64,000 nucleotides of DNA from Perkinsus chesapeaki ATCC PRA-425 (Eukaryota > Protista > Perkinsozoa). The DNA lies in the NCBI GenBank assembly GCA_013115145.1, contig JAAPAO010000004.1, positions 124,001 through 188,000 of the forward strand, given 5' to 3'. The translations under genes and the position numbers were made by a program. Position 1 is the first letter of the stretch. Each line of letters opens with the position of its first letter. The notes below the pieces were generated by a model. That model did no database searches. It saw only the letters and a list, made by a program, of their open reading frames with translations, and was not told where the DNA came from. Positions 54,115 through 64,000 of this stretch are shown one piece after another.

Positions 54115-57100
54115 CTATATCTTACCAATGGCGGCTATGCAACGATTTTCAGGGCTTATACTAGAATCAACATATGTTCTATATGATACTTTACCACATC
54201 TACAGAAACACAAATGTTCATTATCACTAATACAACATAGTCTTGCTTATTGTTATTATTACTTCATAGTCCTTATTAACCATGTTACTCTACATAAATC
54301 TATTAATACTTTAACTAGTCTACCACAATAAGCCTTTTCTGGCGATATATTTGCCCTCTTTGCTGCCTTCGATATGGATGGTGAAGGTTCATGTGAAGTT
54401 GCCCATCCAGCCATTGCTCTCAGTATTGCAAATGAACTAGGATCATATACCTCTGGTATAAGGCTAGTTAATACCTGATAAAACTAACAGTAATAAGAGC
54501 TGTTGCTGCTGCTGCTGATCACTGCTATAATGCTTAGTCATTACTCACCTCTTTCCCACATAACATATCATATTCACATCTATGATGACAACATGTTGCT
54601 ATTAATGCAGATGGTCTCACTACTGTTGATGATGATGAAATAGACAACAAAGTCCCTACAGTAAGTGTATATAATAACTACTTCAACAACAACAACAGAC
54701 CACTATTACTTAAACTCAGATCGGTAGCGCTACCACACAGATGTTTGGCTATACAACATGTATAGTTTGGTGGCCAGCCTGTTTGAGATGTTATCATATC
54801 ATATCTGGATATAATAATACATCATCATCAACCTTAATTATATCATTACCTATCCCATAACTTTTTAAGTCTTTCATCATATCCAATAGAAGTCATTTTA
54901 CACTTATTATCTTTTACCTTACTACGAACATCATCATGTTCATCGTTATTATTATTATTATCGTCTATATGGGTAAAGAACTGTCCAAGATTTAGGTCTG
55001 CTATATCCATTCTCAATCGCATAACCAATGACAATGGTGAAGAGGAGGATTCATTATTATTATTAACGTCTTTTCTATTCTCTTGTTTGTTACGTCGTGC
55101 TTCTCTATCAACCAATAGGAATGTCCTATTACATATATATTATTATATAATTCATGTTGATGTTCATGCAGCATTACATTACCAAGGTTTAGAATGATGA
55201 TGACCCTCATCCTTCATGTTGATGTATTCTTCTTGTTGTTGTCGTTGTTTATGATATTCCATAACCCAACGTGATAATCCCCCTCTACCACATCCATATT
55301 CAATATATAATGGTAACTAAGTAATAAACAATGACAATACAGGGTGTTCCAATTTGTTATGCAAATCAGTAAAACAGAAGTTTCACCGCGAATACTCAGC
55401 GTTTCGGTTTGAAACTTTCGCAGATTATACATTAACAATATTATGACAGCATACAATGAAATCACGAAATCGATAGACCGTTTCACATGAAATGAGGCGA
55501 GCGAATTTTTTGGGTCCAGCGCGCCGTTCCAATTCGTTATGCGAAAAAGTTGTAATCGTGTTAACATGGCCCGTGGAACCTTCCTCACCGAATCGGAACG
55601 ATCAACAATCATCAAGTGCTTAGCCAGCGGTGAAACAGCGCTGCAGATCTCAAAAAAACTGGGCAGAGACCCTCGAACAGTCAAAAGTTTCACCAATGAC
55701 CCTTCTAGAAAGTACGTGAGGCCAAAGGGCGCTTATAAGACGAGCGTTACCCCTCGCGAGCCGTCAACAGGACGCCTCTCAGCACCAGCAAGAGATTGTT
55801 TGAAGAAGCAGGAATCCCGATGAAATGCAAAACGACTCGGTGCCGGGTACTAAAGTCCATTGCAAGCGTCAAGAAGCCCCGCGCCACTCCCCTGCTGACC
55901 ACGAAACACCGTCAGGCTAGGCTGCGATGGGCTTGGGACAATATCAAAAGAGAGTTTGGCCACATAATATGGACTGATGAGGCCAGGGCGACACTGGACG
56001 GCCCTGACGGGTGGAGTCGTGGGTGGATTACCCACCATGGATCAGTACCAGGGAGAACTAGGCGCCAGCATGGTGGAGGCGGAGTCATGTTCTGGGCTGG
56101 AATTGTATCCGGCGAGCTTATAGGCCCATTTAGGGTAGCGAAAGGCGTTAAGATGGACTCCAAAGAGTAGGACATCAACGCTGCGCGCACCATGTTCCAA
56201 TATCATAGATACTGCAAGCTTCTAGATCAAACTTTGATTCCCTGGTATCGCCAGCAGCCTTTAGCCAGACGCAAGAAGCTTGTGCTGATGCAGGATAATG
56301 CCCCATCCCATTGCAGCCAGTTTTCAAAAGAATCCTTACGAAAAAAGGGAATCGGAGAGGCAAAAATCCTGCCGTGGCCATCCAACAGTCCAGACCTTAA
56401 CGTCATTGAGAACCTCTGGAGCTTTATCAAACAGTGAGAAACTAATACGTTGTGCATAGCTATCCCAGGACTGCTTACTAGGGATATCTATGGAGAGGGA
56501 CGACAATATAGCACCCTAGACGAGCTGTGGAGTGCCATCGAGAGGTCGGCCAGGGAAGTGCCAAAAAGCTTCATAGAAAAGCTCTGCGATTCCATCGACA
56601 GCAGACTCCGAAGGTTAATTGCTAGACATGGTGGACATGTGGGTGCATGAGAACATGATTTGAACTTGACAAGTTTCTTTTTGGGCCGACTACAGTTTAG
56701 TTGCATAACGAATTGGAACGGCGCGCTGGACCAAAAAAAATTCGCTCGCCTCATTTCATGTGAAACGGTCTATCGATTTCGCGATTTCATTGTATGCTGT
56801 CATAATATTGTTAATGTATAATCTGCGAAAGTTTCAAACCGAAACGCTGAGTATTCGCGGTGAAACTGCTGTTTTACTGATTTGCATAACAAATTGGAAC
56901 ACCCTGTATTATAATAATGGTATTACACTATTATTATTATCATGAAGCATTCCCTCTTCTTCCAACACAGATAACAGTCTTGCATTTTGTATATCATGTT
57001 TATCATCATGTGTATCACAATTACCATGGCCACTAACATGACCAACTATTTCCTTTTTAACCCGTTCTACAATAGCTCCACCTTCCGTACTACTATTCTC

Positions 57101-58043
57101 CTTGTCAATAACATTAATCCCTAAAAGTAGTGGTACAACAACAACACATTGTACCTATTACCCCCTTAAATATGATATTACCATTCTTTAATACATCCCT
57201 TGCTGCTGAACAATAACAATAGTTCTTCTTCTTGTTATCATTATTATTTTCTAATTCATCAATTAGTTTACGTACCTTACAATAGTCCCTATATAATAAT
57301 ATAGGCCTACTATTACCGCATTCTCCAACTTTATCCTCCATTCTTTTATTATTTTATCTTCATTATCCTTTTCGACATCATCAACAAGTCTTATATCATC
57401 AAGGCTTGGATCTGGCCTTTTCCCCTCCGGTACATTACCTATTAATGAGGATAAGTCCTTCTTATCTAGTTCTTCTTATTCTTGTTGTTGTTACATCCTT
57501 TATTATATAATGGTTGTGATATTATAAAGTTATTATCCTTAGTTTTACTACATACTGCTATATGTTTATTCAGATTACGTTTATATCTACTTAACTGATA
57601 ACAAGTGTCATTGAATGTCATCATATTATTACATAGAATGATTTGGGTCAATAGGACATGGTATCCTTTCTTTATCACCTTCAGCATTATCTTCATGAAC
57701 CTGCATTATTATCAAGTATGATCTAATTAAACCGTTCTTCGTTATTACACTACATTTACTTGATCCTTTTATTGGTTCAAATTTACAATACCGATGCTTG
57801 GAAGTAACCCAGAAATCACCTATATGCATCATCATCATCATCACCCACATGGTATACCCTTACACTAGCCCCCCCGCCCCGCCCCCCATTAGTACAATGT
57901 CTTGTTTTTGTATCATCATTTTCCTTTTCTCTCTTTTCCCTCATAATACGTCTCCTTTCTTTACGTGACATCTTCCTTAATTCACTCTTTGTATCAACTG
58001 CATTACCCTTCCTCGGCAGTTTTGAGTAGGGTTCTGCTGACAT
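54115..58043 (-). CDS. TRM13: tRNA:m4X 2'-O-methyltransferase TRM13 (interrupted by a transposon in an intron)
   Basis: RIPCPIDPNHS..YKRNLNKHIAVC (Zn finger); YIEYGCGRGGLSRWV; RLRMDIADLNL; IAKHLCGSATDL; IATCCHHRCEY; CGRLVKVLIDLCR; SPENRCI. Confidence 0.9.
55340..55542. repeat. Left TIR (203 bp) with internal direct repeat GTTCCAATT(T/C)GTTATGC at both ends
   Basis: Reverse complement of 56703-56906 with about 3-4 differences. Confidence 0.95.
55566..56650 (+). pseudogene. DD37E transposase with two spliceosomal introns (56167-56208, 56434-56481) and a frameshift near 55760
   Basis: HTH region MARGTFLTESER...LGRDPRTVK; WTDE; GGGGVMFWAGI; QDNAPSH..(37 aa)..DLNVIENLW. Intron removal restores MDSKE-YCKLLD and FIKQ-DIYGEGRQY. 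Confidence 0.85.
56703..56906. repeat. Right TIR (204 bp)
   Basis: Inverted copy of 55340-55542. Confidence 0.95.
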
Positions 58044-58179
58044 TTCCGAATGACCTTATTCCGGTACTGGTACTAATAAAACACAAATCATAGCAAAGGT
58101 AAACCTGGGGAGCCACTCAAAAGTAACATCAGAACAGTAATTTACCACCACCATGTCAACACACTGATGGTGATTCCAA

Positions 58180-58530
58180 ATGTTGGTTTAAATTAATAAA
58201 TGTCAGCAGCAGCATCCGTGGAGATAATACTTGATCTACCACAATCAGCATTATAGTAGGGCGGCCTGGAGGTAATATGCCCCGTGCGGATATGTATTCG
58301 ATATCTTTCATAATAAATAAACAACCTCCTTTGATACAGTGGTAATAAGGGTACTGCCAGAGACATGGCCGACAGAGATTCTTACAATTTGCACGAAACT
58401 TGTATTTCCCCCACCGCCGTGGATCGCTACTCCTCCTCCTCCTGTTGAACATCTGTCTGTGTTGTTGTTGTTGTGTGAGTTGGGTATTGTCTGAAGGTCC
58501 TCTTGTCATTTGTAAAGCGAGGCACCCCAT
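58180..58530 (-). CDS. Possible small (~85 aa) MGC-start protein, 3 exons
   Basis: Removing two GT-AG introns keeps the phase: MGCLALQMTRG...KFRANLPLLPLYQRRRPPYYNADCGRSSIISTDAAADIY-stop. Confidence 0.3.
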
Positions 58531-58621
58531 CGATGGCTCAAGTAGTAGCTGGTGAAATATACAGTTATTGCCGCAGCTGCCGGTAACTACTTTACAAGTA
58601 GTTGTTGTTGTATTAAATATA

Positions 58622-61600
58622 ATGACATCTGAACAACAACGTCATATAGATGATAATATACCCGAATCACACGTTAAATTATCAATATCTGCAGATGAGG
58701 TTAATCTATTAATATATAGATATCTATTAGAAGCTGGTAATCTATATTGTTATATAAGAAATACTATAGCATTTAGGATTCCGTCATACAGCATTCACAT
58801 TCGAAGCTGAATCTAAAGTACCTCAAACGAGTCCATTTGCAACAACACAAATACCACCAGGAGCATTAGTATCATTATTACAAAAAGCACTGATATATTT
58901 ATATATACAAAGTCATTGTGGAAAGGTAGTAGTATTAATATTAGTTGGTTATATACATATTATTAGAATGGTGAACAATTAAGGTGTGAAGGGTCATTTA
59001 GTTTATTAAGGCCGCATGAGTAATATTATTATTATTATTTATATAATATATAATGTAGACATGTTATACCTAGTACAACAGTATCAGAGGTAGATGAAGA
59101 ATACAGTAATGCAGTAACACTTAGGAAAGACGATATGAAGACGACGATATCATCAAGTCGTAATAATAATATATAACAGCCTTATTATTAATAGCAGGTT
59201 CTAGGGGACGAGGTAATCGTACTGAGACTGATGATACTAGTATAGAAGATGACGAAGAAGAAGATGATGTTAGACAAGGGCGACGGCAGCAGCAGCAGCA
59301 CAGGAGGAAGAGTGGTATCGATATTGATGATGATACCCCAGAGAGTGGTGGGGGTAGTACTAGTAGTAGTCCTAGAAGTAAAAGGAGAAGAAGAAGAAGA
59401 ATTATACAAGAAGGAGAAGATGATGATGATGAAGATGAAGAAGATGATGATGATGTTGAAATGGGTTATGATATAAAGGATGTAATGATGATATATATAG
59501 TATAGAGTAATAGGGGGTTATTAGGGTAATATTGATGATGATGATGAAGATGATGATAGTAGTAGTATAGCTGGATCAAGGATGAGTAAAGGTGTGGAAG
59601 ATGTGGATTATGATGGAGATAATAAAAAGACTAAGGTTATAATAGATATTGGTATAATACAACACTATATGTAGTATTTTAGAATACTAAGAAAGAAGAA
59701 GAAAAAGTGGAAGAGTATATGATGAAAGATGATGAGACTGTTGAAGCTGCTGTTGAAGCATCATCATCATCACAGCCGCAAGTAGTTGAAGCAAACTCTA
59801 GCACAACTGCTGCTGCTGCTGTTGGTGTGGTTGGTGATGGAGTGGAGGAAGGGTCAATAGTTGGACCTAAAATAAGAAAGCGGGGACGGTTAGTGACTGC
59901 TGGACCACTAGGAATAATAGAGGATAATAAGATAGAGGAGGTGGAGGAGGATATACAGTTAAAGGAAGTAGAGAAGGAGGACGGGGATGGGGAAAGAGAG
60001 GATGATATTGATGATGATGATAAATTACCTATAATGCCATTAGTGTAATATTGTTAATATAGGTGATCGATTGGATTATTGATATTATTGATAGATATCA
60101 ATTATTAGATCCGAGTAGAGATACATCCTCATTACATTGTCCATCACCAGTATTATCAATGCAGTGGTCACCATCCTTCGACGATTTATTAGCAACAGCT
60201 AATAGTGATGGACAATTATCGTTATTTTGGTCACCTAGTAGTAGTAGAAAAAGAAGAGTATCCACATCACATATAATTAATGAAGATAATAGTAATGAGG
60301 GTGATAATAATAATAATAAGGTAGAATGGAACGCGGCATATAATAATAGTAATAATAATGTCATTGGGTATTTAATGGTGGATGGACCAACTACTACAAC
60401 AACAACAAAAACTAATACTGATAATACACCTGTTATATCATCATCGTCAACGGCGGCGGCGGGTACCTCAACTACATCACAGATATATCTATCATGGTCT
60501 CCTAAATCAGTAGTAGGTAGTGGTGGTGAAGATGAAGATGGTCGTTGTTGTTTATATACAGTTATAGCGATGGCTTCGGAGAGTAGTCCTATTATTAGAT
60601 TAAGATGGATAAAAGAAGAAGATAATAATAGAGGGTATTCAGTAGTTGGTAGATATGATATAAATAGTAGTAGACATGATGATGATGAAATAGATGATAA
60701 TAAAGTTGGTGGATATCACTCTTTATTATTCTGTGGTGCTGGTAGAAATAATAATACAACAGCAAGAGCAGCAGCAGGTGGTGGTGATGATGGTGATGGT
60801 AGTAGTAGTATGGTGTATTTAAGTGGTAGTTGTGATAATGAAAGTATTGTTATATGGCAAGTTAATTGTAGCATACCTAACGATATACCACAGATAATGT
60901 TAATAATTAATGATACACCATCATTCTCATTAACATGGATAGGATCTACTTATTTAGCTGTTGGTACATTATCACCATATCTATTATTAATAGATACTAG
61001 GGATAATACACAGAAAAAGCTATTAATTAATGATGATGATGAAGCAGCAACAAGAAGAAAAAGTACTCATGATGAGGATGATGAGGATGAGGAGGGGGAA
61101 TGTAATGATGGCATTGGTGGTGGTGGTGGTAATAATAGATTTATACTTGAATGCGTGGCATATTATGATGAAGATGGTATTGGTAGTAATAATAATAGTA
61201 GATTGGCAGCTATAACTGATAGTGAACCTACTGATGCATATATAACAGTATGGATGGATCCAACAGCAAGGAGACCTGGTAAACCCATTATATTGAAACC
61301 TGGTGCTCATGGTAGTGGTAGTAGTACTTCATCATCATTACAAGTACAAGAGATGTTAAGATGGATGCCTGGTAGTAATGGTAATATATTATGTGCCTGT
61401 TATGAGGGTGGTATTGTAGTAGTATGGGATATTATTAAAGAGAATATATTATACACATTACCATGTATTGATACTATAACAGCAATATCATGGCAAAATA
61501 ATAATATACCACCACCACCAGCAGCAGCAGTGTCAGCAGCCTACCCATTATTGGTTACATTAATAATGGGTAGGAAATGTTTAATATGGAGTGAAGGTAA

Positions 61601-61760
61601 AATAATATCGGCATTTGACTTAAGATGTGATGATAATGATGATAATGCATTTGCTGGTTGTATAGCATGGTCATATAATGATAATTATTTAGCAACTAAT
61701 GCAGGAGGTAATGAGACACCATTAATATTTGATGTAACACCAATTGTTATTGAAGAATAG
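58622..61760 (+). CDS. TBL1: TBL1/SIF2-like LisH-WD40 protein
   Basis: [32 protein letters not shown]...IPPGALVSLLQKAL (TBL1 LisH); divergent WD40s (VLSMQWSPSFDDLLATANSDGQLSLF; CIAWSYNDNYLATNAGG). Confidence 0.8.
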
Positions 61761-61947
61761 AGCTAGTTATACAACTATCCCACAGTTTACAGTGATATAA
61801 TAATAATAAACCTCGTATTCTTAAATAACAACAATAATAACTATTATTATTATTGTATAATATTATTCAACACATTTCACAAAATATACTCTTGTTGTGT
61901 TGTTCTTCTTATTATCATTAGTTGTTGTTGTTGTTATTATTACTATA

Positions 61948-63693
61948 ATGGGTTGCTGTGCTATAACAGGTATAGCTACAGCATGCTGTTGTTGTATTGG
62001 TACTAGTGGTAATACTGATTCAATTAAGGTAATAATAATGAGGTTAGTAGTAGTAATAATAATATTATTATCAGATAGTAAAGGGTTTATCATTTATATT
62101 ACAAGTATTATCGGTTATATTAATGTTAGTATTTCGAACAACAAATCCCGAGACATGGTTAAATGGGGTACCGGGAATAAATAATTGTAATAATATTAAT
62201 AGTATAAATAATAATAATATTGGTAATGATTAGGTGGCAATGCAAAAGCAAGTGGATTAACTAATATACAAATTAATGATATTAATGAGTGCTATAAGGA
62301 TCAACTTGGGTATAGGTTTGGTACAGCAACAGTTATTATATTCCTAATACAATCAATATTCAGTTTATTAGGATCTAAAGTAGGAATGGCTGTTACTGGA
62401 TCATGGTAATAATAATAATAATGATAATAATAATAAATGTTATTCGATAAAATAGGCAGCTTCTGTTACTGCTGCTGCTGTTATTATTATTGTCATTGTT
62501 GGTGTTAGGTGGTTATTAAAATATCTATTAGTACCTGGTGTAGGATTCCTTCTAATATTAGTACCAAATTCATTCTTTAATACATTAATTGATATCTATA
62601 CGGGTATACTATTCATCTTTATTGTATTACAGATGGTAGTATTACTTGATTTTGGGTATTCATGGAATGATTTATGGGTAGCTAATGCTATTGAAGATGA
62701 AAGAAATGATATGTTAAATGATAAAGCGGGACGTAAATGGTATATAGCATTAACAACAATATCAATTATAATGTATTTATGGTTTATAGCTGCATTTATA
62801 TGGATGTTTACATTAACTCAACAATCAACAACATTAAATGCCGTATTATCTATAACCTTTATTGTAACCATTATATTGGTTATATTCTCATGGACAGAAT
62901 GGGCTAAAGCAGTAATAATGATAATAATGATATATATTACTATTATTACCATTTAGGGTGCTTTATTACCGAGTGCTGTTGTTGCTACATATGTTACATG
63001 GCTTGCATATTGTTCATCATTATCTAACTATGAATATAAAGCATCACCGAATGCATCCAGACAGGTTATTGGTTATATAGTAACAGCAATAGTATTTATA
63101 TATATGTCAACTAAAGTAGCTAATCCAATATTAATAAGACCATCATCACAGGATGATGGCACTGATGTAGCGGTTGCAACTATACAGCAAGAAAAACGTG
63201 ATCAAGCAGCAGCAGCAGCAGGAGGTGATGAATAATATTAAATATAATTAATAATATTATTATCAGATAATGCTATTGATAAATTAGCTAATATTGATAC
63301 TGGTACTACTACTAATCCTAAAGATATTGAGAATGGAACAAAGATCACATCATCATCCTCTCCACCTCCAGTGATGGATGACAACGATATGACAGTATTG
63401 TCATGGTGGCAAGTGTTGTAATAATAATAGTGTATTATATTGTTAATAATAATGCCTTGTTTGCCTTGTATAGGTTCTTAAATATAATACATTTAACTGG
63501 TGCTATGTATTTAACGGTTCTTAGTACTAAATGGATAAGTGGTCCATTAACACCGAGTGAAGGTTCATCAGCTTCAAGAGAATTAGATTATTGGATTCAA
63601 GTATCAGCATTATGGACAATGTTAGCCCTATTTGCATGGACATTAATTGCACCAATAATCCTTAAGAATCGCAACTTTTCAACTTATGCTTAA
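61948..63693 (+). CDS. SERINC: Serine incorporator (SERINC/TMS1) membrane protein
   Basis: Cys-rich N-terminus MGCCAITG; VLLDFGYSWNDLW; ALLPSAVVATYVTWLAY; HLTGAMYLTVLSTKW; WIQVSALW...WTLIAPIILKNRNF. Confidence 0.9.
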
Positions 63694-64000
63694 CAAGGAC
63701 AACATAACCCAACTTATTATTATTATTAAGACTCCTTCCTGTTGTGAAGTTGTGTTTCATTTTGTACTACTACTAATAATAATAGCAATGACGATATAAA
63801 CTGAGTCTAATTTGTTGTTGATATGAGTAAGTATAGACTACCTAGAGTTAGGTTCATTATTATTGTTATTATCATCATCATAATAATCAAGTCATATTTG
63901 TCCATATTTTATCCATAGTACCTGATTACAGTGTTGTTGTTACTATTAGTGGGGGTATATATAACAATGTATACATGGTAGTTGATTGAGGAGCTGCTGC

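Larger units (their letters stand above)
55340..56906 (+). mobile_element. Tc1/mariner DNA transposon, DD37E (TRT-type), 1567 bp, TA target-site duplication
   Basis: TA-CAGGGTGTTCC...GGAACACCCTG-TA; ~203-bp TIRs; internal transposase; GC-richer than its flanks. Confidence 0.97.

Noticed and set aside
55214-55696. ORFs 55214- and 56760+ sharing KRSIDF…SLYAVII
   Set aside because: Both are translations of the two TIRs, not genes.

Overview
Gene-dense, intron-rich eukaryotic nuclear DNA. Introns are mostly 35-60 nt GT-AG. Intron size, gene content and low-complexity style point to an alveolate, most likely Perkinsus-like (inference). Most ORF-track entries are exon fragments or spurious, so I rebuilt genes by hand across splice sites; coordinates are gene spans, not exact exon models. 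There are about 28 protein genes in long same-strand blocks. They include a HtrA/Deg-like protease, a TPR tail-anchored protein, a plasmepsin V/ASP5-like protease, an ATP-grasp protein, an IPT/TIG+NHR protein, SMN-like, PSD, a J-domain protein, PP2C, SF1/BBP, four RWD/DUF1115 paralogues, a BTB protein, kinesin-3, a villin-headpiece protein, GluRS, an amino-acid transporter, TRM13, TBL1-like and SERINC. There is one intact tRNA-Asp. Best leads: (1) a DD37E (TRT-type) Tc1-like transposon with ~203-bp IR/DR ends and two host-sized introns in its transposase, inserted antisense in a 41-nt TRM13 intron; (2) several related tRNA 3'-half + oligo-T relics at a divergent promoter, in an intron and at an exon/intron boundary; (3) a tandem array of RWD-DUF1115 genes; (4) strand-block organisation with tRNA-derived sequence at strand switches.
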